Source: Chlorokybus atmophyticus (taxonomy: Eukaryota; Plantae; Mesostigma and Chlorokybus algae). Taken from it: a stretch of 64,000 bases of DNA. The stretch is taken from the NCBI GenBank assembly GCA_009103225.1, contig RHPI01000193.1, forward strand, positions 124,001-188,000, in the 5' to 3' direction. Of this stretch, positions 48,750 to 61,992 are shown piece by piece. Each line of letters starts with the position of its first letter. Within the stretch, counting starts at the first letter, position 1. The position numbers were made by a program, and so were the translations under genes. Below the pieces are notes generated by a model. The model saw nothing but the letters and a program-made list of their open reading frames with translations, was not told the origin of the DNA and did not search any database.

Positions 48750-50250
48750 TCCAAGGATCCCGTGAGGAGGAACAACTCAGCGACACTAACCAAAATTCCA
48801 GCAACCACGCCACATACCTGCCATTAAGGTGGACTGTGACAACTATCCGAGAAAACACGGCACACAACCCAATTGTACCTACCACAAACAGAACACAAAC
48901 CATACCCGAAACACCTCATGCTAGGCACCATCCGAGATAACGTCCAAGCGCCTTTCAACAAGCAGCTGGTTGAAAAACCTTCGCACTCTAGACTTGGGAG
49001 AACCACCTATCACTTCAAGCATGTTATAGCCAGCACCGATTTCTGCAAGCACATACTTTTACTCACAATTGGAAACAAGTCATCTAAACAACAACAAAGC
49101 TAACATACCATCTCTGGCCCAATACCGGAAGGCATAATCAGATGTTGCCAGGATAACATGAGCGCGCAAGGCATTTTGTTTTGTAATCGCTGTAAAAAAC
49201 CGCAACAAAGCATTGCGACTGTTGACATCAGTCCACTGACTCAGGACGTTGGCCTCGTCAATAACAATAGTGAGGAACTTGTTTCCACATCCGTCTCGTT
49301 TGCGCGCAGCAAACCACTGATCCAGCATCACCTGCGTTCAAACCAACACAATGATCACTACCACATCACACAAGCCTGCCATATGCACTCATAGACTCTA
49401 TTTTCAACATCACCTCGTAAGCATTCAATAATGGGCTGAACTCTGAACCACCCGTTTTGCGTTCATCAAATAGCATAGAAAGCAGTAACGCCAGCTCCTT
49501 ACCACCAATGGTTAGATCGCCAAATTGTGCTATTTTCTCCCGCAGACCAAGAGAGGAAAGGGATTGCTTAAAAACTTCAAAAATCTTTTGCCATGCATCT
49601 GGCGAGAGGGTGGAAGATAGCACAGGGAGGCTTTGCGTGATCAATGCTTTGACCATATCACCAGGGGTGATGACCGATGTCCTGCGACAGTCAATATAGC
49701 AACGAGTTTTGTAAGTACCCTTCGCCTCCATGAACTGTTGTAGAAGCCTGGTCTTGCCGCCGCTTCGGGGGCCGAGGAGAACTGTGATGTCTGTCGGCAA
49801 CCTCTGAGTGAGTTTATTCCGGTCCTCAAGCTCACTCTCACGATAGAAAAACGCAGGCTCTTTAGGCCAGTCTGCGGCAGCAAAGCAAGTCAGCAACAGA
49901 ACTTGCATCGCAATAGCGTGCCTATGCATACATCAGTCCAACCAGCTACAAGACTCAGCCTCTATAAACATCCTTACTTGTGGAAGTAATGGCACGAGTC
50001 AGCATCCAAGCACGCTATGGACAAACCAAAACAACATCATACACGCCTACACGCAGAATAAGGCTCGGACATGTCCAGCTTTCGCCGGTATCTTGAGAGG
50101 CGGGAGGAGGGTCGTCACCGCCGCCGCTGCTGAAGCGACGGTGAGGATGTGTAGTGGTATCGGGCGCCATCTTGCTGCGCCCAGGGAGAAGCATTGGCGG
50201 CGCCGTTGGCTTTCGCCGTGAAGGATGGTGGTTCCAGGGTAGTGGGGAAT
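48750..50250 (-). pseudogene. Spliced P-loop NTPase (archaeal-ATPase/AAA_16-like), probable pseudogene
   Basis: Exons about 49871-49414, 49331-49109 and 49040-48905. Motifs FFYRESEL; Walker A LLGPRSGGKTRLL; Walker B IVIDEAN; HVILATSD; EVIGGSPK. A TAG at 48921-48923 replaces an expected Trp. The 5' exon is uncertain. Confidence 0.75.
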
Positions 50251-51189
50251 CCATGCCGATCTCTCCTTCTTCTCGCGCTGTGCTCTAGTCTGCTGCTGCA
50301 CAACGCCGCACGCGCATGCTAGCGTCGACGTTAGCAAGGCCAGTCAAAAAGCCATGGTAGCCAACCCCGTCGTCCCTCGGTCAGCCTACGAGGTAGTAGC
50401 GGAGTGTTAGAGAGCGAGCAAGGATGACATGACAGGCGGGCGCAAGGACCTTTCCTTACTTGCTTACGAGAATGCTCTTCGAGCGTAGGCGGGCTAAAGG
50501 CGACAGGCAGCGGCAGCAGGGAAGAGAGGCTATTGCACAAGAAGCATTAGCGCAAAATCTCACACCTAGCAAATGGTCAAAGCAAGTTGCTTTAAGCAAC
50601 GACTCACATACAAGCACGCTGATACACTCTGTGCTCATGCAAGCAAGCGCGCCAGTACATCACGATACATGGACCATGCACAACACAATGTATGCGGCAA
50701 CATGCACAAGCAACAATAAAAGTTGTGACCTACACACCTGCACGTGCGCCGCCGTAGCGCAGCCAATCAGCGATGCTAATGCGCCACCGCCGGTACAACT
50801 TTACATCCGCTGCGCTGAGCCCTGTGCAAGCCTCAACCGCCAATGTGAGGCACAATGGGCGCCGAAACAGCCCCACCGCTGGTGGCCACCAGCTTTACAC
50901 ATTGCAGATGATATCCAGCCGTCCGCAGCTGGCAACACGCTTGAATTGGCTGCATCCAGAGCTGGTCTTAACGATTGGGTGTGAACGCAACTATCAGCTA
51001 TTAGCTATCAGCTGAGCTTTCAGCAACATTTCACAGCAAGTTGTTGAGTGAACGTTGCTGTGATTCACAATAGGGAACGGCGGTTTCTGATTGAATGATG
51101 GCCCACATCGATGGCCCATTTACTACAGCTGGGCTAGCTCAGCTAGCACGTTACAATTACACCCCTTACACATGACAGATTAAAGCAGT

Positions 51190-52700
51190 ACACAGGTGCA
51201 TGTGTCGGTAAATACACCCCCCATCTACATTATACTCTTACATATAGATGTTTCCTATAGGATTTATGATGCAACTCACGCGATATTTACATGTTTTGCA
51301 GCCAACAACTGACGCACCTTATACATGTTGCATTTCGTTCTTCCATCGCAGGTGTGTTCAATAAGTCACAATATGTGCATTAATTTGAGGTGCAACATGC
51401 ATAAGGTGCGTCAGATGTTGGTTGCAAAACATGTACCGCGTGAGCTGCATCATGAACTTTTGACGAACACTGTATATTTAATTCAAGTGTATTGGTCTTG
51501 ATATGCATCATTATTAACACTTTTCACATCGCATGTGTGTATGTAATAAATTACAATACGTACATCAACTTGAGGTGCAACATGTATAAGGTGCGTCAGA
51601 CGTTGGCTACACAACCGGTAAGTACCTCGTGAGTTTCGCCATGGACTTTTCATGAGCAATGTACGCGTAATTGTCAACAAGTATTACATCGCATGTGTGT
51701 ATGTAGTAAGAAACCATACATACATTAAGTTTGATGTGCACGTGTAGGTAAATACAACCCACATCTAGATGATACTCTTACGCATCAAAACCGACACATG
51801 AATTGCACGTGGATGTTTAGATTTGATTTAATGTGCGCTATCATCAACAATTCTTACATCGCATGTGTATGTAGTAAGAAACAATCTGTACACCAATTTG
51901 AGGTGCACGTGTAGGTAAATACAACCCACATCTAGATTATACTCTTACACATCAAGACCAACACATAAATTGCACGTGGATGTTGAACATCCACGTGCAT
52001 GTTGTTTCTTGCTACATCTCTAAACATCCATGTGCAATTCATGTGTCGGTCTTGATGTGTAAGAGTATAATTTGGATGTGGGATGTATTTGCCTATACGT
52101 GCACCTCACATTAATGTACATATTGTTCCTTACTACATACACATGCGATGTAAGAATTGTTAATAATTACGCACATCAAGATCGACACACATGAATTACA
52201 TGTACATTGCTTGTGAAAAATCCATGACGCAACTTACGCGAGATGCTTAAACATCCATGTGCAATTCATGTGTCGGTCTTGATGTGTAAGAGTTTCATCT
52301 AGATGTGGGTTGTATTTACCTACACGTGCACCTGTACATATTGTTTCTTACTACATCCACACATGCGACGTAAGAGTTGTTAATAATTACGCACATCAAC
52401 ATCGACACACATGAACATGTACAGTGCTCGTGCGAAGTCTATGATGCAACTCACGCGATACTTATCGGTCTTGTAGCCAATGTCTAACGCACCTTATACA
52501 CGTTGCACCTCAAGTTGATGTGTATATTGTACTTTATTACATACACACATGCGATGTGAAAGGTGTCAGTAATGACGCACATCAAGACCGACACACACAA
52601 ATTACATGTACATTGTTCGTTAAAAGTTTATGATGCAACTCACGCAATACTTACGGGTTTTGCAACCAACATCTGATGCACCTTATAAATGTTGCACCTG
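51190..52700. repeat. Foldback-like array of ~165-190 bp AT-rich units in direct and inverted orientation
   Basis: Unit TACATCGCATGTGTGTATGTAGTAAG..GAGGTGCACGTGTAGGTAAATACAACCCACATCTAG..CATCAAGACCGACAC is repeated left of 51985 and inverted right of it. Centre hairpin TGCACGTGGATGTT-G-AACATCCACGTGCA. Confidence 0.85.
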
Positions 52701-53732
52701 AAATGTACATATGTAATTTATTACATACATCATGTAAGAATTGGTAATGATTATGCAATATATTATGCTATTCACAGCAGAGTTGCGTGAAGCACACTCC
52801 AAGGGAGGTTGTGCAAACACATGGTTCATGAGTTGTAACGCCACCCTAGGCTTGAGCACGTAGCTCTTACCTAAGAGGGTCATTCACTCTACTTAGTGCA
52901 TGTATTCACATACAAGTGCAAGCACTCTCACACTGTGTGTCACCGTGACAACCACCTCTCCACTCAGTGCGAAGAGAGTGCACTGATACAATAGGTGTCA
53001 CAATCACCTCCTCAATGTGCTGCTAGCAACTCAGTGCCAATTCGATGCAACTGCACACCGAAGCGCCGTCGCTTATGCCAGAGACCGCGGGGACGTAAAA
53101 TCCACTCGTAGCGCACAACCAGCACAGCCATCTACAAGTGGCAGCACACACATGCACACCTTGTGTGCAACAATGTTGTGCATGCACTCAGGCCATATGG
53201 TGCATATACACGCCCTTCACATGCAAGGGGCATGCACACATGCAACAATACTGTGTAAGGCTATCGCATGCACACACACATGCATGCACACATAGCAATA
53301 CAATACACAAGGGCAAACCAGTTAAGCAGGGGTTGTCCACAACAACAGATAGTCAAGGAAGGCCACTGTAACAATGCACTAGGCCACAAAAGCACGAAGT
53401 GTGTTATGCGGCCATTGTGGCGTTATTATTTACTAGTCGTCCGTGACATCCCCCCACTTAGGTGTCTAACGTTTTCATTAATTGTGAGTTTCTTACAGGG
53501 CATCGCGTCACTAAGCAGTGAAAGCGATTTTGCAATCATCACTGAGCAGTCGCAGCGCGCATTGCGCGTATGGGATCGACTGTCAGTCGCCGTTAGGCAA
53601 AGTCGTTGCGTGGTGTCAAGCGCGACGCGTCGGAATGACCGATTGCCGTCCGGCAAGTCGCGCGTTATTGCCCTAAGCAGGCGCGCGCGACCCCTTGAAT
53701 CGAACAACGACCGCAAAAAACAATCTTGATCT

Positions 53733-53814
53733 GCCGCAAGGTGGTTTCGACCTCAGGATCTTTTGGGTCTTAAGCTCCGATGACCAATGTAACGATCCAC
53801 TAGGCCACAAAAGC
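53733..53814 (-). ncRNA. Degenerate tRNA-like/SINE-head sequence
   Basis: Minus strand TGTGGCCTAGTGG (A box) ... GAGGTCGAAACC (B-box-like). The A-box half plus flank is duplicated at ~53365-53447. Confidence 0.4.
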
Positions 53815-54049
53815 ACGAAGTGTACGTCGCGGCCATCGTGGCGTTATTATTTATGGATCGTCCGTGAAAGCCACCAACAATACCACAAGCACTAGCAGGA
53901 AATGGGAGGCGCCTGTTCTTCAGTACAGGCGTCAACTACAGAAAACACACCTCAAACCATAAGTAGACCACCCAATAACGCCCCACACATGAGGGTAAGG
54001 AAGGCCCCTTGAACAGCTAAGCCAAGCACCCTATACACAGCAAGTGAGC

Positions 54050-55050
54050 ACCAAGCCGAGTGCAACTGAACCCCCAACACCATGCTAGCCTAGCCTGTTA
54101 CTCCTCCCTATTGCCTTCTCACTTGGCCACAGGCGGACTGAAAAGCTATCAACGCCCTTTCGCCCACACCGTGCTGCACATCAAATTCTCTTGGCCACAC
54201 AGGGTACCAAGAGGTACTAGCATTACGCCATTGGCATTTGCCAACATGGTGTGACACATGTCACCTGAGCTGATATGTTTATCAATAGCTGCTGTATCAC
54301 ACACGTACACATACATTGATGCGACACATGTCTCATCAACCTCACATGTCTCATCAGCAATCAGCTTATGGCATGTACACCGATCAACTCTTTGCAAGCT
54401 GCGTATCAGTGCCGTATACAGTTCATCTTGCCCAAGGCTCATGAGCACAAGGACTGTATGAGCGAACCACTTGAGTGCTGCACACACCTAAGCAGTTGAA
54501 CTCTCATACAATCATGATGTAAGCGTAGCACTGCTATGACAGCTGAGAGTAATCGTGCCTTGCCTGTTAGGCGTGATACCGTGCATACACTCGCACATGC
54601 AAGTGTAAGCACGTCCAATCAAGGTACACACTCACACACAAGTGCTACACAAGGACAAGCGTCCACATCTTGAGGTTGAAAAGCTTTGGCACTTCCTTGA
54701 ACGGCCTCTCACCCGAACACCCCACGTGAAGTCCCATACAAGCAAGCACGCCAAGGCAAGGTAGACCCAAGTCTCCAATGCCTTGCCTACTGAGCATGCT
54801 CATTGATATACCCTTAGTGCCTTATCCAGTCACTTAAAAGTGGTGGGTGTCTCCACAAATGGTGCCTCTTTTTGACCCTAGTGTAATCAAAGGCGGCCAA
54901 CCATCTTGCGACAAGCACTCTTGCACGTGTCCTTACTAGGCTCAAACCAATCATCTTGAAGAGTATCTTACCCATAGGTATGAGCAACCAATGAGGTCGC
55001 ATTAGATCCTCATGGCTTTGTCTCTATTGGCCACACATTCACTTGGCCAC
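54050..55050 (-). mobile_element. Heavily degraded Ty3 RNaseH/integrase remnant
   Basis: Weak motifs ARWLAAFDYT and LQRVDR; many frameshifts. Confidence 0.3.
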
Positions 55051-55327
55051 AAATTGTAGATACCAGTATCCGTAATATCAATATGGCAGTCTATATTGTC
55101 AATATGCTTCGCTGCGATATCACCATATGCATTAACTGGTTCTTTCTAGATAAGTGCACATGGAAAATCCACATTTTACTCCGCATATCCATCTTCTTCT
55201 TTATTTACGATATCAGCATCGCCATAAATCTCAAAAATGTCAACGTTGAAGCTGCGATATCAACATTTATATGGAAGATACCCACATCCATGTGTAAGAT
55301 ACCAACATATGTATCTTTGTAACACGA

Positions 55328-58300
55328 CACTAACAAGTTTCCTAGTAACTTACTAGCCGGGGTCTGGCCTGCCAGAGTCAGCTAGAGTGGACTATCCATA
55401 AACACAGAGAAGAGCAAGTGATGACCAGGTGGTAAGACTGAGTATATCTGGTTGTTGGACTAGGGTCCACCCTGGTCCCTACCTACCCGAGGTCTAGCAG
55501 AAAATAGCATAACAGGTATCATCCAGATTGGACCAGAATGTCTGGCAATGAGAGCTTGCCAGGTGCTGAGCAGATAATGACTGGGCTAGAACCAGGGTCT
55601 ATCTAGTCCAACATTGAGGCATTTTGCAGAGTGTGCAGGTAAAGGTTAGGCTTTGCAGGGTAAGCAGGTCCGGAGCAAAGGTATCTGGTAACTTTCAACA
55701 GATGTGAGCCAGAGTGGTTAAAGTCTCTGGTTTCGTTGTGACCAGACATTGACTAGGCTGTGTCTAGTCCAACATAGGCATATTACAGAGTGGGGTAGGT
55801 AAAGATTAGGCATTGCGGGGTGCCTAGAATTGGCTGTTTACCGTCAATTCCAGGTGGTCTGGTGCGGGGTCTAGGTGGTGAGCAGGTCCGGAGCAGAGGT
55901 ATCCGATAACTTTCAACATATGTGAGCCAAAGTGGGTAGAGGCTTTGGTTTCGTTGTGACCAGACATTGACCAGGCTGTGTCTAGTTCAACAGTGAGGCA
56001 TATTGCAAAGTGGGGTAGGTAAAGACTAGATTTCGCAGAGTGGCTAGACTTTGAGATCTACTGCCGATATCAGGTGGTCTATTATGCTGATTTGGTGGCG
56101 AGCAGGTAAGTAACAGACCTGTTTGGCAGCAAGGACCAGACATGGCTAGAGTTGGCAAAGTGGCTGTCATGCATGTCATCCGACATTGAACAGATAGTGG
56201 CTGGTCTATGTGTTCAGGTATACTACAGGCCTGGCAGCTGATCATCAGATGCAACAATGACAACTGCAGTGTGACACCAACAAATAGAGAGTCTGGAGCA
56301 GCAAAGCACTGCTGTCTACTTAAAGTAGACATTGCATACATATGGAAACGAGTTATAGAGAGCCTATACTACTCTATCCAGAAGGCTAGGGTAGGCCACT
56401 TGCCATATGTTTTCTGGCATGTATAGGCTCATGATAGGAGGCGGTTGTCTGGACCATCTTGAAGGCTGTTGGCAAACGTGGTCACTTGATGCTGCATGCA
56501 TATCTGACTCGCAGTCCGATGGTGAGGAGGGGTACCTGCACAGCATTGTCATCATCAACACCATGTTCTATAGCTGTAATTATGTTTACTGCACTTGTAC
56601 CTTGCTGTCGTGGCTCTGCGGTTAATTTGCATGCGAGCACTCGTGGTTCATGCAGAACACATTAATGTCAGACTCTTGTGACTTGGCGAAGATGACAATC
56701 TTGATGACGGACACGACATCCACTATCAGCCCCTTCGATTAGGTTTTCTTGGGGTTGCTTGTGTACAAGCCATTTGCAGCAATGTGTCTATGCATTCAGT
56801 GTGAGCATTGCAACACGCAACTTTGCCGAACCTGATGTAACAAGCGGGTAGTATTCTACAACCCCGTAGTAGTCCTTTGGCCGTCCGCGCGCATCCACGC
56901 ATCGCACGCTGACATTTTATAACACTCTGGTGCGTGCCCTTGTGTGCATCTTGCTGTAGATGTGCTGGTTGTTCATGTCAGCACCAGCCAAACGGTGGTA
57001 TTGCAGCGCTGCCTGCCCAACGAGGCCAAGACTAGTTACTTACACAATACCAAGTCATATCCACCAAGCATTAACCACAAAATAGTGGCTAAGAATGCTA
57101 GCTCACAGCGTTCAACAATAGCCCGCAGCCGGGGTTGTTGGCAATGAACTCCAGCAATGCTTTGGCGTCTCCCTTGTTCCAATTGAGGTTGTGAGGCTCT
57201 CCTACAAACAGCAGTTGGAAGTCACCCCCATCTTCCAATGCATTAGTGAAGCCGATAGTCGCATGCTCTGGGAACAGCTCCTCCTTCTTCGGCATCTTAG
57301 GCTCAAGCAGCATCATCTCCTGGTCCATGACCATATCACCTGCAATGATCTTCTCCGGGTATGCACAACATCGGGAGAGTTAACCCGGTACTTGCAGCTC
57401 CGCTTATCGCGCCCGATGTAACGCTCTACCCCACCCGTTTGTGTGGAAGAATTCGGCCCCCTTGCCTGCTCCTGTTTCTGGGCATTTTGGCTGACCATAT
57501 GCAGTTTAAATGTGCAAGCATGCATCCCCAACTCCCGCTCAGCGATTTTCGCATATGCCGTCCACTCACTATGCACTGAGTTGCACTGACTTGCAGTGCT
57601 TGTATCATCATATTTGGGGGACCTGACATGGTGCAGCATAGCAACTTGCAGACGCTGCCAGGCGTTTCAGATCTCAGGTGTCGTGCAGCCATCCACCACA
57701 AACAGCGAGTAGGTCTCCGTACAATGCACGAGCTCTTGGTGTATGACACTAAGTACTTGATCACATACATGTATGACCTGTCAAACTCGTGGGTGACCAG
57801 CAGCTTCTGCCATGGCTTCCATCACCTTGCGTGCCTAATTGCGGATAACGTAGGGTGGCGGCACTTCACCTTTTTTCGGTTTGGCGAGCTGCATCCTCCA
57901 GAACCCATCGATGACACCACGGTTGGCAGCATGAACTATAAGTATCGCAAAGTACATGGTGTAGTCGATGTGCTTCAGATGCTCGGCAAACACATGCACC
58001 CAGTGATTTCCCACCAAAGCAGCGTCTGCGGCGTGTGTCTTGCGCACGGCATTGCGGGCGAGTATGCGGGTTGTCTCGTTGCGTCCATGCGGGTTGGTGC
58101 AATGTAGCCTTTGAAGCAGGTACCTGACCCTCCGCACTGTACGATGAACCTTGAAAGTAACATAGGTGGCATGCACAGAAGCCAGCAACGCCGATGAAGC
58201 CACCCACTTTTTGCCGCCTGAAGTGTTGCAGTGCATGTGGGGGTTAAAGGCATAATGCTTGACAATGCGTCCCATCTAGGCATCGTGGACTTGCAGGATT

Positions 58301-59350
58301 GTGCGGCTATGCTCTTTGAATGAGTGCCGTTCTCCTCAAATACGGTTGCATGTCGTGGGGAACCTTTTGCCATGAGATGAGCGCAAGTGGACGGATGAAG
58401 CGGCTGTCAACATGGGTGGCTGTCGGCAGGTCTTTGTCGCGCATATGCAAGAACCAGCACGAGTAGGTGCGGAAGTTGTACACCTCGACCTTATTGCATC
58501 CTAACGTGTATGCGCCGTTGTCGAGATTGAACACTTTCCACCCACCTTGGCGTTAATCTCGGCAGCGTACCTGCAGCATGCCACTGTCAAAGCATGCTCA
58601 ATTACCGCATGACTTGACAAGTCAAGTTGGTGCGCAACTTACTTGCCATTCGAGAAGCCACCGGCTCGTAACCCGGGAGCACGACGTAATTCAAAAGTTT
58701 TAGCTGATATAGGGACCACATGACTCTCTCCACGCCAAAGTTGTAGTACAGCTTGCGAGGGCTCAGTTTCACCCCTGCTTGCTTTTGTACGTGGTGAAGC
58801 GCAGCTGTCCGCATTTGGCACACGTATCGTGTTTCGTTCACGCTGTCCTGTACCCCATCTCCCATCCAGTGTTGATGCATTCTTTTACGCACATATGGAC
58901 CTCAAAGTCACTTATGTCGGGCACACTCAGCACTTCTCTGCAAGCGCACATGGTGTTTGGAAGTAAGTTGCCCACAGGCAGCAGGTGTTGACCCACGACG
59001 CGTAGAATCTGGACCAGGGCCTCGTCACGCATGTTGTTGTCGTGCTTGCACTGCATAAGGAGGAACACAACTTCATGGACTGACCACTTGCAGCCTTCAT
59101 ACAGCGGCAGCGGACCTCTAGACGCCCATGTGGATCTGGAGTCACTGTCATCAATTGGGCTATGCATGAAATTCTGCCACTGAAAGAGTGCAGACGGAGT
59201 TGGTGTTCGTGTTGCTCAGAGCAATGACAACTTGCGGATGAACAAAGATGCATTGCTAACATTACCTCGTTGTCTTCCATATCGTACTCCCACTCCGGCA
59301 TATCACGATACCCACCATTACCGTGCAGCTGCCACGCACCATGCATGACA
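55328..59350 (-). mobile_element. CACTA/EnSpm element with degenerate transposase; one terminus visible
   Basis: CACTAACAAG at 55328. Transposase motifs PLYEGCKWS..LLMQCKHDNNMRDEA..LLPVGNLLPNT..FEVHMCVKEC; KLYYNFGVE; HAANRGVIDGFW; TFKLHMVSQ..GP..GGVERYIG. The other end is lost under the Ty3 insertions or lies outside the window. Confidence 0.7.
55590..56110. repeat. Tandem repeat, ~218-bp unit, about 2.5 copies, subterminal in the CACTA element
   Basis: GACTAGGCTGTGTCTAGT..GTAGGTAAAG..TTTCGTTGTGACCAGACATT recurs at 55751 and 55969, with a shorter copy at ~55590. Confidence 0.8.
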
Positions 59351-59390
59351 TGATATGTCAGTGAGACGCGCAGTTAAGCAAGCATGTTAA

Positions 59391-60194
59391 ATGGACAGTG
59401 TCTGCATTGCTAACAACCTCCGTCAGGCTGCGCACACAATGCCCGCCGGACATGCAATAACCCTAACGTTACTTGGAAGCTGCAATATCGAGTTCAGTGT
59501 GCGCAAAGGCAAAGGAGTTATCCTTCAGGCCGAGAGGCCTCATGTATATGGTGATGATACGGCCCGCTCTGCAGATGTCTTACCACTTTTGTTAAATGCA
59601 ATGCAGGTGAAGAGAGAGGTGAAGAAAGGAGCTAAGCCCCTATTGGTCCTAGCGCATGAGAGTTCACCCACTGTAGACTCAGACACCTCTTCATTAACAA
59701 GTAAGACTGTTAGTACAGACGAGTTGGCATTGCAGCCAATCTCAGATGAGTACGCTGATGTGTTCAAAGGCCTGCCTGATTTGCCACCTTAGAGAAGTGT
59801 ATGACACACTATCCCTCTTGTGCAAGATGCACAACCTCCATGGAAATCGGTTTCCACGCTGAAAATCGCTGAATATGAGGACATGAAAAGGCAACTTTAG
59901 GAGTTGCTGGCAAAGTTTTGAGCCAAGCAGCTCTCCCTTTGGCGCTCCTATTCTCTTTGTTCCAAAGACGAATGGCAAACCACGCATGTGCATAGATTAT
60001 CGCGCTCTGAACAAGCTGACCATCAAGAACCGGTACCCACTGCCTTAAATAGTAATGACTTGTTGGATCAGCTGCAAGGTGCAACTCTGTTCAGCTCATT
60101 AGACTTGACTGTAGGGTACCACTACATCTGTTTAACACCTAAGGATGTGCCTAACACAGCGTTTCAATCGCCTGTGGGCCACTTTCAGTACAAG
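59391..60194 (+). mobile_element. Old degenerate Ty3/gypsy RT fragment
   Basis: EYADVFKGLPDLPP*; [23 protein letters not shown]; DLLDQLQGATLFSSLDL..GY..AFQSPVGHFQYK. Truncated exactly where the young LTR begins. Confidence 0.9.
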
Positions 60195-60865
60195 TGTAAC
60201 AGTCAAGGCCAAATTTTGTAATTTTCATGGCCGTTTTAGGCCTTGTTGTAAGGTACATGTTTTTAATGACATGTGGCGGATATCGGCGAGTTATGAGTCT
60301 GCCGCGGATATCGACCGGGGCCCCAAGACCAGTCCGGAAGGTGCCAGAAAACGGAGGGCCAGTCGAGAAGGGCTCGACTAAATTTCTGGAAGGGCCTGGC
60401 GCCAAGTAGTATAACTTGACCATATGAGCAGCAAATTAGGAGATCTATGGTGCGTTGGAAAGGTCTAGAAGTGTACTACAAGATTCTGCAATTATATCTT
60501 AGCTTCTAGTTCCGTCTAGCGCTAAAATCGTCTAGACAGTAGCATGTGCAGACTGGTAGGTATAAAAGTGACATTCTACAATTTGCAATACAACCTTTAG
60601 CTCCCTAGTTTCTTGTGTGCAAGCTTGGTGGTGGCTAGCAGGGGTTGCTAGCGTGTGTCCACCGGTGTGTGCTTGCTTGTGTGACGATCCAAGGCGCTAC
60701 ACAAGTCGGTGTGTAGCTTCGAGCGCATGCGCGTGCGTACGCGAGTGGCGGGGCGCGCGTGTGTGCTTGGCAGAGGGGGCAAGGTTCCGGTGTGAATACC
60801 GTGTCTTGGTGAGAGGGTTGTGGATTGGACCAACTCACAGGTGACAAGGCACGAGCACCGTCACA
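60195..60865 (+). mobile_element. 5' LTR of a young Ty3/gypsy element
   Basis: Begins TGTAACAG and ends CGTCACA, followed by AC and a PBS. Confidence 0.75.
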
Positions 60866-60867
60866 AC

Positions 60868-60879
60868 TGGTATCGGAGC
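60868..60879 (+). promoter_or_regulatory. Primer binding site (tRNA-iMet-like)
   Basis: TGGTATCGGAGC versus canonical TGGTATCAGAGC. Confidence 0.85.
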
Positions 60880-60959
60880 ACGGTTTACGAAGGTGAGAGA
60901 GGAAGTGTGTGGGCGTTTACACTTTTCATTCGGAAGCGGAGTGTAGTGTGTTAGTGGAG

Positions 60960-61988
60960 ATGGAGGATGCTCGCATGGAAGAGCTTCAAGCTGCCATCTT
61001 AGCATTAAGAAAAGAGCTTCATCACACGCAAGCGGCGGCACAAGCACAACGCGAGGCGTATGAGCATGCGATGGCGCGTGTACAAATTCCCATGGCATCA
61101 AGCTCGCGCGTGCATGTGAAGGTGCCAAAGCCCAAGCCATTCAGGGGTCAACGTGATGGAGATGCAGTGGATGAATGGATTTTTCAAGTATCGTCTTGGT
61201 TGAAGCTCACGGAGGTGCCCACGCATCTGCACGTGGAGGTTGCAGCGACATTGCTTGAAGGTGCAGCACTTGTGTGGTGGAGGCATCGATGTACGCGTGT
61301 TGCAAACGGGTTGGCGCTACCATTGACCACCATGGAAGAGTTGGCACTGGAGGTCAGGCATCAATTTGTTCCCGTTGAGAGCGTGAAGGCCGCACGCGAC
61401 AAACTTGCAGCCCTTGTGCAAATGGGGTCGGTGATGGCGTACACGGCCGCGTTTCAGCGATTGGTGATGTCCATACCCAATATGACCGAGGAGGAGCAGT
61501 TGGACAGGTATACACGTGGTTTAAAACCTTTGGGGCGTAAAGAAGTGGAGCTACGGGACCCGAAGACACTCGCGGAGGCTATACGCATCGCGGAGCGTCT
61601 CGACGCGTTGTACTTCAAGTCCACCACAAGAAACACTGACTGGAGGCAAAGGCATGGTGATCAGCCCCGGGGAGGCTTTCAACATGCATGGAGACGAGGA
61701 GAACCAAGTTCAGCACTTGCCAATGGAGGTGGAGCTGACTCTGGGCCTGCACCAATGGAGGTGGGTGCCATACACACGCATGGAAGTGAGGCGAAGCACG
61801 GCGGACGTGGTGAAAGAGGTAAAGGTGTGCGCAAGTGTTATGCGTGTGGGTCGACGGAGCATTTGGCGTACGGATGCCCCAAACGAAGCACGCAAAGGCC
61901 AACACCGGATGGCAACCCTCGCCGTGATCGTCGCGTCAACACCATGGAGCAAAATGGCGTGGAGCAGGAAAACGACTTCCCCCAGTAG
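60960..61988 (+). CDS. gag: Ty3/gypsy Gag (capsid + CCHC knuckle), intact ORF
   Basis: KVPKPKPFRGQRDGDAVDEWIFQV; AATLLEGAALVWW; ARDKLAALVQ..YTRGLK; CYACGSTEHLAYGCP. Confidence 0.95.
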   Translation: MEDARMEELQAAILALRKELHHTQAAAQAQREAYEHAMARVQIPMASSSRVHVKVPKPKPFRGQRDGDAVDEWIFQVSSWLKLTEVPTHLHVEVAATLLEGAALVWWRHRCTRVANGLALPLTTMEELALEVRHQFVPVESVKAARDKLAALVQMGSVMAYTAAFQRLVMSIPNMTEEEQLDRYTRGLKPLGRKEVELRDPKTLAEAIRIAERLDALYFKSTTRNTDWRQRHGDQPRGGFQHAWRRGEPSSALANGGGADSGPAPMEVGAIHTHGSEAKHGGRGERGKGVRKCYACGSTEHLAYGCPKRSTQRPTPDGNPRRDRRVNTMEQNGVEQENDFPQ

Positions 61989-61992
61989 GTGA

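Noticed and set aside
52760-53000. PBS-like TGTATCAGTGC with an LTR-like end on the minus strand
   Set aside because: Too degenerate; no recognisable gag follows.
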